Shown here: piece by piece, positions 1-12,495 of the stretch
Position numbering within the stretch: the stretch's first letter is position 1
How the letters are laid out: every line of letters starts with the position of its first letter
Source of the DNA: Tubulanus polymorphus
Taxonomy: Eukaryota; Animalia; Nemertea
Assembly: GCF_964204645.1 (NCBI RefSeq)
Contig: NC_134027.1
Coordinates: forward strand, 62,001 to 126,000
DNA: 64,000 bases
Direction: 5' to 3'
Made by a program: the position numbers and the translations under genes
Notes under the pieces: generated by a model
Database searches by the model: none
Told to the model about the DNA's origin: nothing
What the model saw: only the letters and a program-made list of their open reading frames with translations

Positions 1-263
1 AGGGGAGAGGAGAGAGGAGAGAGGAGAGAGGAGAGAGGGGAGAGGAGAGAGGGGAGAGGAGAGAGGGGAGGAGAGGAGAGAGGAGAGAGGGGAGAGAGAG
101 GGGAGAGGAGAGAGGGGAGAGGAGAGAGGAGAGAGGAGAGAGGAGAGAGGAGAGAGGAGAGAGGAGAGAGGGGAGAGGGGAGAGGAGAGAGGAGAGGAGA
201 GAGGGGAGAGGAGAGAGGGGAGAGGAGAGAGGAGAGAGGAGAGAGGAGAGAGGAGAGAGGAGA
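1..263. repeat. purine-rich (GGAGA/GAGAG)n simple repeat
   Basis: Only G and A, 7-nt-like units. Confidence 0.95.
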
Positions 264-874
264 AGTGAACAAAATGAGATTTCCATTTGTCGAATTATGA
301 TAATTTCAATTACATGGTGTTAACAATCTGTAGAATGTTGCGAGTGAATCAGGCCGTTTCGCTCAGAGCTGATGCTGCTATAAATTGATGTTCATTTGAT
401 TCATCTCGCATCAATATTTAGTTTCGCGCGAATCTCTAATTATATCGATTAGCAGATTACATAATCGAGGGCTCCGACCAGCGAGCGGCAACCTGCAGTT
501 ATTACACAAGGAGATGTCATAAGCCCTCTGCCGTATTATTGGATTATTCGGCGCACTATAGAAATGTGACAATTACAATAATTCGAGGTGAAATTGCTGT
601 AGGGGACTCTCAGTGTCGAGATGCTGTGAATTACAATATGGCAGATTTAGAGATGTTGATCCCCAGCGATCAAAGGATAATTATCATTTTAGTTCTGGGT
701 CGTGATTGCATTTAGAGTTTCAAATTAGAACGTGTCTCTATTTCTGAGTCCGTGACGGGGTGTGAAAACAAACAACATTTGACTTTCCGCGAAATATTAT
801 ATGGAATCTAGGGTTCAATGTAAAATAGTTTAATAAGATAAGGGTCAATATTGAAATAGTCTTAGTGGCCTTAC

Positions 875-1006
875 CTGTATGCGATCTGATATGTATCTGA
901 AGAGCGCTGTCGCTTCCGAAAACTTTTTGGCAGAATCGGCATTTATGCTTAAAAAACGGGTCATCGCTAGCGTAAACAGACCGGTCGATACTACTGGAAT
1001 CTTTAT
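875..1006 (-). CDS. sal: spalt/SALL coding exon 3 (132 nt): [30 protein letters not shown], first finger of the first double C2H2 cluster. Gene continues beyond window start.
   Basis: Hand translation (not in ORF track). Acceptor ttgtttttacag| at 1007 and donor G|GTAAGG at 874, phase 1-1. Near-identical to the canonical SALL finger. Confidence 0.95.
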
Positions 1007-1088
1007 CTGTAAAAACAAGCGCGAATCAAAACCGTAAATTAGACAAATTTCAAACTGAGAATTTTGAGTTTATAAATATATAGGAATT

Positions 1089-1202
1089 GGGTGCAGTTTC
1101 GCGAAAAAGTTCAACTCATTTCATTGCAGTTCGGTTCTTCGTGTTTTCAATAAGATAGGTAATTCAAACTTGAATTTTAACCATTTTTGTGAAATTGGAC
1201 CC
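1089..1202. mobile_element. small MITE with imperfect ~26-bp TIRs (PIF/Harbinger-like by inference)
   Basis: Left gggtgcagtttcgcgaaaaagttcaa versus reverse complement of right end gggtccaatttcacaaaaatggttaa. Flanks TTG/CTG. Confidence 0.55.
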
Positions 1203-1960
1203 TGAAGACTCAATGATTATCGGACTCCAAATGAACAACACGTTATATAGGGGTCTAGTCGTTCAATCCGTGATGAAATCTATGAGCTATAACTAGCGAT
1301 GGAATGACTGAAAATTAACCGCAATTGAGAATTCTACCTAGAATCGAACAAAACAAACAGCTCAAAGACTACTGCATTATGATGGGTAAACTGACTCACG
1401 GGTTGGAGATGTGGATGACTGATAATTTACCAGAAATTAATATTTCTACTAAGAATTTCGATTTAGCAAAACATACATTCTGGTGGATCGTGAGACTGAT
1501 AGGCAATACACAAGATTGTGACGGGTTGTGGTTATTGCATAAATTGAAAAATCTCAAATTCTTATTTAAATTTAACAAACAAATATGTATTAGTGAGACT
1601 GAGTAATGAAGGAGAGAGGGCTATAGAAGTTCTGACTCATCAGTTTGAATACTGTTTTGACAGTTGCGATATTTATTACTGGAAGATTTAAAAGTTATTG
1701 TGGCTGCTGGCTTCACTCAAAATCATGATTGCTATAAATTTAAAATCAAAAATAATTACTGTTTTTTTGTAAATTCGTCGAGCAAGAAATCATTGGAATG
1801 TAGCGTTAACCTGGCTGAAAGCTTCAACCAAAATAATCACTATTGAATTGAAATAAAAAAAAATGTATAATTTTGAGCGATGTCGATTGCTAAATTGAAT
1901 GAAAATAAGCAGGCTATCATTTTCGAATAGTGTCAATCTTCACTCAGCGACAGTGGTCTT

Positions 1961-2330
1961 GAGAGAGGGAGAGCGAGAGAGGGAGAGAGAGAGGGGGGAG
2001 AGAGAGAGGGGGGCGAGAGAGGGAGAGAGAGGGGGAGAGAGAGGGAGAGAGAGAGGGGGGAGAGAGAGAGGGGGCGAGAGAGAGAGAGGGTGAGAAGAAG
2101 TAGACAGAGGCAGAGAAAGGGAGAGGGGAGGGAAATAGAGAAGGCAAATATAGAGATGGCGAGAAAGAGAGGGAGAGAGAAAGATGTAAAGAGGGTGATA
2201 TAGTTGTAGAGAGGTAGAGAGTAGAGGAGGGAGAGGAGGGAGGGAGGGAGAGGGAGGGAGGGAGGGAGGGAGAGGGAGGGAGGGAGGGAGGGAGGGAGGG
2301 AGGGAGAGGGAGGAGAGAGGAGAGAGAAGA
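1961..2330. repeat. GA/GGGA-rich simple repeat
   Basis: Low-complexity purine tract. Confidence 0.95.
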
Positions 2331-4114
2331 GTCAGTGTATTTATTATGGTTTTAATTCTCCTCCACACATTATCATCAGAACTGACTTTAATACATTATA
2401 CACCTGGTTCTGGAAGACGAGATATTAAACCGTAGTTTGTTCCTCCCTCCCGCACTCCCCTCACTCCCCTCACTCCCCTCCCTCCCCTTGCTCTACCACA
2501 TTCCACAACTTCTTACATTGTCAAAATCCTCCCCGAACAACTGATATGAATTTGTTGCGTTTTTCGATAGATGCGGATTTGCGTTTTTTCCCCATTTTTC
2601 CAGTATTTTCGCAGTTGTTCATTTTCGTCAGAATGGTCAACTCTACCTCGGTGTAAATTAATAATAAACTGTTGTTCCGTCCAACTGTTTAAACCCTATG
2701 AAACACGCGCTACGCATTAAGTACATTTTACGGGATATTTTTTTCTATAACTCAAAATCTGACAGAAGTGAACAATTGTAACTAACATCAATAATCAGTG
2801 AGAAATACCGATATTCGAGTTTTATGAAGCGTCGTTTGTTCTGAAATCCACAACTTACTTTAATACAGTTGTTGGTTATAGGTTTGGCATTATAGGAATA
2901 CAATCAAGTCATGGCTGAATTGAAGATTAAAATCCCGTATTTAAGTAACTTAAGACCTGAGGACAAAATACAGAGCATCAAGGCTGGGATTTAACCCGAC
3001 CATCCGAGTTCTATAGCAATCACACAACGGTTTGACGAGTCATAAGATTTAGTGCTACTTTTGGGCTTAAGCAACAGTAGGCCCAGGATCAAATCTGAAC
3101 CCTGAACCGTAGAACTGGGTCCAGCAGAAGCCGATCACTGATAAATCTTTTCTTTCATTGCATGGACCGCTTTGTTCCGACGTTATCGCAGCTTGATCTC
3201 TTACCGGGCTATGCGCGTTATTACATATTCATAAATTCATAAAAACCAATCGCAGAAATCTCTACCAAATCTCAATCGAAGCGTTAACGAATTTGCGATA
3301 TTTCAGTAACAATTTCTTGCAACAGTGGACGCGGTAAGCCCCGACATAAGGCTGACGAGGGCGACAAGGATTAGTAGAGCGTCGAGCGGAAAGACGATTT
3401 GTGACACACGTTAATCTGCCAATGATGACCTGTACCGTGAGTGGGATTTACTGATTTGTAAGTTATGATATCAGATAGACCGATAATACCTGAACCTCAC
3501 AACGTCTTACTTCAAAACTAGATATTATAACCTACTCTCTATATTACACTATATAACCAATTTCTTTCCGGAAACCAACGTGACCAATTGGGTAAAAAGT
3601 AAGTCGAACGATTTTTGGGATTTTCTAATTTACACCCTCAAGGATATAGTATTTGAACTATGAAAAAGATCTCTAGGTCACGATACCCACCGGCATGTTT
3701 GGACGACGCCAGACGGGATTTAGAACCATTTCGAAGCTCGTTTTAGTTCTAAAGACCAGTCTTTGATTTATGACGATGTTTAGTGGCCTGTGGCAAGTGA
3801 GTGTTTGAATCCTTAAAATCATGAAAAACTGTTACGAAATTTTCATCACATCTTTTTATCAACATCGAAAAGAAAAAAAATACTTTAAACTTTTCGAACC
3901 TTTGAAAACTATTAGGAGAAAAATAAAAATAGTCGGTACGCGCGTTGATAGTCGGGTAATAAAAGTTTAAACATTTGCGGCCTTTAGTTCTAGATGTTAT
4001 TACATGTTTTCTGAATTTCTGGTACCGCGGATCTCAATACGGTTGCGGTGCAATGATATAAGCAGAAAGTGTTGTTGCATGTAAAATTAATACCACTTGT
4101 CGGCAAAAAATCCG

Positions 4115-4400
4115 CTCTCTCTCCCTCCCTCTCTCTCTCCCTCCATCTCCCTCCCTCTCCCTCTCTCTCTCCCTCTCCCTCTCCCTCTCTCTGACTCTCT
4201 CCCTCTCCCTCCATCTCCCTCTCTCCCTCCCTCTCCCTCTCTCTCTCCCTCTCCCTCTCCCTCCCTCTCCCTCTCCCTCTCCCTCTCCCTCTCCCTCCAT
4301 CTCCCTCCATCTCCCTCTCTTCCTCCCTCTCCCTCTCTCTCTCCATCTCCCTCTCTCCCTCCATCTCCCTCTCTCTCCCTCCATTTCCCTCTCTCTCTTC
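4115..4400. repeat. CT-rich simple repeat
   Basis: (CTCTCC)n-type pyrimidine tract. Confidence 0.95.
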
Positions 4401-4741
4401 CCAAACACATTTACTCTTTTATGAAGCACCATTTCTTTATGGTAAACTGAAGAATTGCGCACGGAAGCGATGAACACCACGTCAAACCGAGCGAGAAGTT
4501 CAGACGAACTTCTTCTTCTAAATCATCTCCCTGCGCGAATCAAATACATATCAGTTTTATTTTTCGGCGTCTTGTAAGAGGTTGATTTTAAATACAGCAG
4601 GTCGAACAAGTTTTGAAGTGCCTAGGAGCGATAAATGTTATGTTTTTTTTTCAGCATGAAAGCGCTTTTTGTTGTTGTATTTTGTGTATTATGGAATGCC
4701 AATTCGAGGCGTCAGTCTTTCGTGTGATGCTAGCATCAGTG

Positions 4742-4795
4742 GGTTCGAATCCTGGGTAATAGCAGTCAGTCAGTCAGTCAGTCAGTCAGTCAGTC
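4742..4795 (+). repeat. Pol III B box followed by (CAGT)n, probable SINE remnant
   Basis: GGTTCGAATCC at 4742-4752 and (CAGT)~8 tail. No clear A box. Confidence 0.4.
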
Positions 4796-5078
4796 AAATT
4801 AGTCGCATCGGAGTTGTAGAAAATCTGACATTGATAGCAGAAGCCCTTCCTTATACCGATAAACTTAATAGCAAAATTAATCATTTGCGTTCTGATAAAT
4901 AGCGATAAAAAACGCTCCACCACGGCTTCATTGGACGTGAAATAAATAAATTCGATTAAATTTGATTTACTGTCAGTTGAGAACGCTCAAATATCTCGTA
5001 CTTTTAGTTATCGTTATAATCAGCGGAAACATATTTTAGGTTTACTACAGGATTCCGAGTCAGTTGATATTATTTGAA

Positions 5079-5404
5079 GGGAGAGAGGGGAGGGGAGAGG
5101 AGAGGGAGATGGAGGGAGGGGAGAGGGAGAGAGAGAGGGGAGAGGAGCGGGAGAGAGGAGGGAGGGGAGGAGAGGGAGAGGGAGAGAGAGGAAGGGGAGA
5201 GGAGAGGGAGAGAGGGGCTGAGAAGGCGAGAGAGGGAGAGAGGAGAGAGGAGGGGAGAGAGGAGAGAGAGGAGAGAGGAGGGAGGGGAGGAGAAGGAGAG
5301 AGGGGCTGAGAAGGCGAGAGAGGGAGAGAGGAGAGAGGAGGGGAGAGGGAGAGAGGGGCTGAGAAGGCGAGAGAGGGAGAGAGGAGAGAGGAGGGGAGAG
5401 AGGG
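5079..5404. repeat. GA-rich repeat with 3 copies of ggggctgagaaggcgagagaggg
   Basis: Direct reading. Confidence 0.95.
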
Positions 5405-6291
5405 CGATGCACCGAGTGTTGAGGAATGTTTATATCATAGATTCATAGATTCTCACTCGATGTATGAAACATATCAACTTTCCTACAGAACAACATTTCA
5501 TCCCCACCAACACTTCACGTATATTTCAGGTAAATTAATACAAATTAACACGCGTCAACATCTGGTTCCGGAGCGAAGATGATTTTGATCAAGTTCTATA
5601 TATTTACCACTAACCGGATCCCATCCAACGAGAGTTCAACTAAACCACCCGAATCGCTGTTCGATCGTAAATCATACTTTATCTTTAAATTTCAACTACT
5701 TAATCGAGGACTGTGGTACCGGAACTTTCTGATCAGTTGTCAGGGATATTTTTAAACCACTTTTAAATCCATCATAGTTTGCTATAGGCTAAAGTTTGAA
5801 GGTATGGTATCTGTGCGGGGTCCTATTCCATATATTTGAAAGGCTTTAGCCTTTTAGACTATTCAGTATCATTTTAATGGGTTCAACTTCTTGGACGGTC
5901 ATCGATATGGACTCCACCTTACATAAACCTTTTACGAGTTTTAGTATTGATCGTGTTCAGGTTACCTTTAAGGCTAACTAACTTTCCGAGATTTCAAGGT
6001 CGCGGTGCGGCGGAAAAAAATTCAGAAAATTACGACTGAAAATAATTGAATCTGTTCGCGGCTGAACGAGTTTAGTTTATTTATTCCCGTTTCGCGGTTT
6101 CGTCTTCAAATTGATAACAGAAGTTTTGGAGGAAGAAACTGCGAAACTTTCTATAAAAAAACCCTCATTCCTGTTCATTACAAGCCGTAATTTCAACTTA
6201 TCAAAACAATTACTATTTCAATCAATCTCTCCACGCGATAAACCTGCGTATATTGCAGGTGCAAGTGGTGCCAAAGGGACCCCTCAGGCTC

Positions 6292-6392
6292 AGGGGGTAT
6301 TCTTCAATTTCAGACTGGTCTTAAGTTGTTAGATTGACTATAGAACTAAAATGAGCTTAGACTGGTCTTGGGCTAAGTCAAGCTAAAGTCTT
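6292..6392 (-). mobile_element. dispersed repeat family (AAGACCAGTCTAAGCTCATTTTAGTTCTATAG core), MITE-internal
   Basis: Reverse complement aligns to 12357-12420. Related copies near 3735, 23240, 37320, 41000, 43815 and 49390. Confidence 0.7.
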
Positions 6393-6974
6393 GACAAGTA
6401 AGTTGTAAGTTGTAAATTGATTTCATCCCAAGAAACAAATCAACAGATAGTAAAATCTAGGCTTCAATCACCGAAAACTTACGGTATCCTTAAGCCTCCT
6501 CACTGAAAGTGATTTTTGATTTTATTCTTGATGGTTAACCGTCTAATAGAAAGCCAGGAGAGAAGTTATGAGTAAGCATCATATTTCTATCAGGTAATAC
6601 ACGGACGGACTGAAGATGAGAGATGGTTTAGATTTTGATGTTACGTAACCGAGTCAGCAAACGATCATCAACTCATAATTTATAATCAATGGCTGCAGGT
6701 GATGCGTAAGATGATGATGATGAGGAATGGATGCTGGATTTTGCGTACAGACAAATAAACATTTTATATACACCGGTGAATGAAGTGTTATGAATATTAA
6801 CCTGTTCCATACACAACCCCCCACAACGACTAGCATACCTCGAATAGTCGAAACTTCATAACAGTTTATCATAATTATCATCACGGATTCTTAGTTAAAG
6901 ACATTAGGAACGAACGTTTATATTGACTCATAACAACAGAGAGTAGACAGAACCGGAGCTATAGGCTGCAACCT

Positions 6975-7296
6975 ACAATTAGTGCAAATGGGTCTAAATA
7001 AAGTCCAAATAAAACCTACACAATCGTGAAATTGGCTTCACAGCCAAATTATATTCACGCAACTGTTGAACTGGAACCGAATTCAGAGACAAATTAATCC
7101 AACACAACTGTGGAACTGGGTCCAGAGCAACTCACACCCACACAACTGTGAAACTGGATTCAGAGTCAAATTAAACCCACACAACTGTGCAACTGGGTCC
7201 AGAGTCAAATTAAACCCACACAACTGTGGACCTGGATACAGAGTCAAATTAAACCCACACAACTGTGGAACTGGATACAGAGTCAAATTAAACCCC
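6975..7296 (+). repeat. 39-bp minisatellite (cacaactgtggaactgggtccagagtcaaattaaaccca), about 5 good plus 2-3 degenerate units
   Basis: 39-nt periodicity, 13-aa repeat in ORF track. Confidence 0.92.
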
Positions 7297-8309
7297 CCTA
7301 TTTTTGAAAAGTTTATTCCGAAAGGTTAACCATATTTCATCCAACTGTTTTGAGCTCTGAATTGAATGTTTAAAAAATTTGTAACGGCAAGAACAGCTTT
7401 TTTTCATTCATAATCATAGCTTACATTGTTTCAAACAGAACTCAGTCAGGTGCACCAGATAGGCCAGTGCGCGCTGTTGTCAAGGGCTTCTCACTGGTAA
7501 CGAATAGAAAACTTGACAGAAAAAGGTCACAAATACACAAATAGAATTTCTAAATCCGGCGTTTGTTAATAACTAACGCGTCTTTTAGACTGCGTGGAAG
7601 AAAGAGTTGTAGAATTGTTTTTGTATTTATCTGTTCTAAAGAGAATGACTGATGATTTCAAGCAGTAATGAAGCATAAGTTTGAGATGGATATAGCGAGG
7701 ATAGCACGCGCTTGAAACTCGCCTGTGAAGTTATGGCATGAATTTCAAATATATTGTTTTTCACTGTTAAATCCACGCGCTTTGAATCCATCATTTCGCA
7801 TCTTACACGCGAGAATGTAAAAAACTACAACGGCAGTAGCAGCAGCAGTAGCAGCAGCAGCAGCTACGGTGAAACTGATGATATATTCTCCGACGCGGCA
7901 GAGTGCGAGCGAGTTCGATGTTAAGAGATGAGAAAAGTTTTATGAAGAAATATTATGAATAACCGCTGAAAACAGTTGTTGTTCTTAACTCTTATGAATT
8001 GTAATATGCCACCAAGGAACCGACCGACCGACCGACCGACACTGCAGTTATTTTCAGATATTTGCGTCTAAATTTAACAGCAAATTTAAACGGAATTCCT
8101 CCCTCTCCTCTCTCATCTCACTTTGTAGGATGAGCTGTTTTTTATTTGGACATTAATATATTGGTTTAGCTATGATTAGGTATTTACTATTCTAGTTGTA
8201 AAGGTGTTTTTATTTTGTGGTTTCGTTCATTAGTCAGCAAACCGATAATATGTTTGCTGTTTGCTTCTCAAACCAAGCAGCGGCACGTGAGCCCTACAAG
8301 AGAGGCACG

Positions 8310-8592
8310 GCCGAGCCGAGCCCAGTCTGAAGTGGACCCGAGCCCTGTCAGAACTGCACCTGAGCCCAGCAATCAACGGACCCAAGCCCAACGAGTAGCG
8401 GACCCAAGTCCAGTCTGGAGCGGACCCGAGCCTGAAGAGCAGCAGAACCGAGCCCATCCTGAAGTGTAACCGAGCCCAAAGAGTAGCAGACCCTTGGTCC
8501 CGTCTGAAGTGTACCCGAGCCCAAAGAGTAGCAGACCCTTGGTCCCGTCTGAAGTGTATCCGAGCCCAAAGAGTAGCAGACCCTTGGCCCTG
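8310..8592. repeat. 45-bp tandem repeat (3 near-perfect units from 8461, degenerate units upstream) rich in ACCCGAGCCC
   Basis: gaagtgtacccgagcccaaagagtagcagacccttggtcccgtct repeated. Confidence 0.85.
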
Positions 8593-11098
8593 TCGGTCTA
8601 AATTATCTGATTGTCAAACACAATACCGAACAATGATGAACATAACATCAAAATGTCGTATCTCGAATGTCGCGATGACGGATAAATCATTCGACACTAT
8701 TTGAGAGTCATTATTTCTGGAGATTAGCAGAAAATTACCTTTTTCACCTCTTAATGATATTTGCGACTCGGCGCGCACTAAACTCACAGAATCTATTGTC
8801 AGCAATCTCTATATAACATCTTCATCAAAACAATGAACACATCGTAAGATCTGACTCACCATCGAAGACAGTTATTAAACCCATTGCTATAAAAATGTGC
8901 CAGAAAATTGCCCCCTAATGACCGTACAAAATGCACTATTTATTAAGCATGGCATAATATAGCCAACTAGAAATTTATGGGTTCATATCTGAGGCTCCGT
9001 GGAGAGTTCAACGATGTATGCATCCTAGATCTCACCGGCGCGTTATCACAAAGTGTCAGAGGTCCGTGACTTGGCTATCTTCAGTCTGTTAATGAAGATG
9101 TATTCACAATGCGACCCCGGAGACCAGACGTTCTGTGTCGTGAATTAAAAAGGTCAAAGCATTCATCATTTTCCGTCGTCCCATCATCAACCTTTACAAC
9201 TATCTCTTCCCCTCTCTCTCTTCCTACTCTCTTACTATTACAACCATAGAGAAGATCCCGAGTCTCCCAATGAGACACGAGCTCGGAGCGCAGTCGTAAT
9301 GAAAATGTCGTTAATTTTCGCGAGGTACCGGCGTTTTAATGATATTTCTTTCTGCGAGGGACGTAAGACTTTTATCGAAAGACGAGAAACTGAATTTCGG
9401 AACAGCGGATGAGAGCTTCACGAACAAGTTTTAGCTAAAAGAATCTTATGTTATCTTCAGGGAATTTTACTTGAAATTGCTTAATAGAAGTTCATTTTCA
9501 ACATCAATATGAATGGCTTCAAAAACTGAGTTAAAAAAAATTCATATCACGATACAGCGGTTTGCGAGTGACCAATTTCTAGTAGTCAAAATACGGATAT
9601 AAGATTGCTTGAAATGCGCATTTTTTTCCCGTTAAAACCATTTCTCATTGTGCCCTTTTTCTTCTACGATGAGGTGTTAAATTCTAGATCACATCTAACG
9701 ATAGAATGGACGGTCACTTCTTTCTCTTTCTCTCTCGCACTGTCTGAGCGAAACCGGTGTGAGTTTGATATATCACCCCACTGTCGGCTGTCATAGAATT
9801 CTTCAGGGAGAAATTGATCTGTCATCACTCGCACTGATCAACTTCGGCCAGGAATATTTACAGAATTCCTAGAGGAGTCATTTACGAGAAAGGGCCAATT
9901 TATGATATTTTTCGGTTAATATGAGATTGGCTTTGATAGATAGAAGACCGGACTGTTTTGATGTTAGTTATAAATGAATGCAACGCTTTCTGGAAGATGT
10001 ATTATTATTATACCTGCAGGCTATTGGAAGGTCTAGAGAGTACTTATTGTTACTTTATAGAATTCTCATAAACTGAATAGTTTTGCCCCTACTCGGCGAT
10101 GACCGCCGCCGGGCCCAGAAATTACTCCGACTACTGGACATTAATCCGACACTTTTTAACCCTTATACAAAATCGATACAAGTGGTTAAAAAGACTTTGC
10201 AAATTCAACGAAATTACAAAGAATTTTTCATCCATCTTGAATATAAAAACGATAAGTTTGGTACACACTTTTTGTGCGTTTGACAAAATTTCGACGAATT
10301 GGCGACGAATTTTGATGAATAGCTTGGTTTTCATTTTCAGCAGTAAATACACAATATGTATCTGGTGCATTTCCCATGCCTTTCTTGAGCTATGCATGCT
10401 CTAGATTTTCAAGTCATGTAGAAAAACAAGAATACCTTTTTAAAAAAAGAAATCTAGTACCAGTTATGTGTTTATAATTATATCTATGTAATAACATGTC
10501 ATTTGTGCAGCTGGGAACCGAACCCGACCTCTGACCTTATATTATCTGTTCTACCGCTGAGAAAAACCATCCGGTTTCAAATATTAGAATAAATGGTAAA
10601 AAATGACGGTAAAAGTAATCGAGCATAACACGGAAAATTGATAGTTTTGTTTAGGAAACTGTCAGAATTGTTGTAACCGGATCACGTTGCTTAGTAGTGG
10701 TACACAACAGTCATATTCGTTATGAACTTTTCAAAAAAGTTCTCAATTAGATTTCTAGGACACATTCACCAACATCCAGCAGCAACAAACGTCGTAACAT
10801 TATCACTTATGTATAATCATTTTTAAAACGTCAGTATTCATAAACTATATATATGATATATAGGCCTTACATAAATCTTTGTATAAAAACCAACTTAAAA
10901 CCATTCCGGATATTTAAGACCGTCTTTGATGGGACTCTGCAACTGGGCCCAGGGCCAGATTCCACGCGAGTCCGCTAATTAAACTTGCCTTCTGGGTAAA
11001 TTCTGATAGTTATCCTACCAAAGGTGATAGGCCATCATCTTAAAGAAATGGGTAATCTGCGGTTACTGAAATGAAATATATACGATTTTCAAACTTAC

Positions 11099-12247
11099 TG
11101 TTGTTGATTAAGTTCAACGGATGATCGTTATCAGGTGGAGATGGTAGCAGATTATTGGCCTCTTGTCGCAGAATCTCGAATGCGGATTTGGTCGGTGGCA
11201 TCGACGGCGATGAAGCCTCGTTTGAGTTCGGGTTGATCGGGTTACCGCGTGGACTCAGGTTCTCCGGTTGCTCGCTAGGTGGCGGTGATACGTGATGGTG
11301 GTGGTGATGATGATGAGATTTCGATGATAAGTTGGCTACTGCTGCGGCAGGCGAGGACTGATGCAGCATCTGTAACCCGTTGAGAGACTGTAACCCGTTA
11401 GGTAACATGGCCTGTAGCGCCTGTAAGCTATGTGGTGGCAGTGATGGAGGTTGACCGTTTGGACCGGGAGGCTGACCGACCAGTTGATGTTGCAGTCGCT
11501 GTATCAGTTGAAGTTGCATCAATTGCTGTTGTTGCAAAGAAAACAGAGTTGCCTGAAGCGTGGCGACCTCTGACGGTGACAGGTTATTCTCGGCGAACTG
11601 CGCGACCGCGTGTTTGGTATTCATTAACGGACCCAGAACGATATTACCAAGTCCTAGATTCTGAGCTAACAACTCCGACTCGGAGCAGCCCTGTTTATCC
11701 TCCTCCATATCCTCATCGACATCAGCGCCGTCTATATCATCCATCATATCGACATCGTCGACTTTATCATCTTCCAGATTTTCATCATCTAGGTATTCGC
11801 CTTTCAGATCGTCCAGTTCTCCTTCCCCTCGACCTGAACGAGGCGAGAAACACAATCGATTCGAATCATCGATATTCTCTTTATTATTATCATCATTCAA
11901 CTCGTTTGCGTACGTTAACAGCTCATCGGGATCGTCAGTTTCATCTAATTCATCTACGATTTCATCCTCATCTTCATCGTGGTGCGGTTCCGTATCGATG
12001 ATCATAGTGTTGATATGGATGTCGTGGTGAACAGCAGACGGATAGAGTAGTTCTGGTTTTATCAAACAGGTCTCGTTGTGTTGTTGAAGTTCGTTGTTTG
12101 TACTAAACACTTGTTCACAGTTTGAACAGATAAACGGTGATGATAATTCGCTGCGGACCTGCAATTCACAGCGGTCCTGATGTTGACTTTGATGGCAGTC
12201 ATTGCTTTCTGCAGTAACGTCTCCTTCTGTACACTGACTAGTTGCAA
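11099..12247 (-). CDS. sal: spalt/SALL coding exon 2 (1149 nt): C2HC finger, acidic tract, AVAQF motif, Q-rich multimerisation region, His8 run
   Basis: Acceptor ttttctatctctttacag| at 12248 and donor A|GTAAGT at 11098. Open frame continuous with ORF 11040..12164. Contains CSNCEQVF...HNETC, NTKHAVAQFAEN and LQQQQLMQLQLIQRLQHQL, matching SALL signatures. Confidence 0.93.
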
Positions 12248-12321
12248 CTGTAAAGAGATAGAAAATGTTACATTAGACAAACAACTTCAGGTTTAGTCCA
12301 AGGGGTAGACAGTCAATGCTC

Positions 12322-12495
12322 CTTAAGACTAGTGCTCAATATGACCTCAATAAATTTAAGACCAATCTAAGCTCATTTTGGTTCCTATAGCCAATCCATC
12401 GACTTAAACCCAGTCTAAGCTCGTTTCGGTTCTATAAATACAAATATTATTCTTAAAAACATTTTCGACCATGTCTGTGCAGAAACCGGGTCCAA
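12322..12495 (+). mobile_element. copy of the AAGACCAGTCTAAG dispersed family just outside the exon 2 acceptor
   Basis: Aligns to reverse complement of 6311-6373. Confidence 0.65.

Larger units (their letters stand above)
1007..11098 (-). other. sal intron 2 (10,092 nt, phase 1)
   Basis: GT..AG boundaries give an in-frame exon2-exon3 join (A+AT = Asn). Confidence 0.8.

Noticed and set aside
11432-12001. 189-aa plus-strand ORF
   Set aside because: Antisense shadow of sal exon 2 with no recognisable motif.
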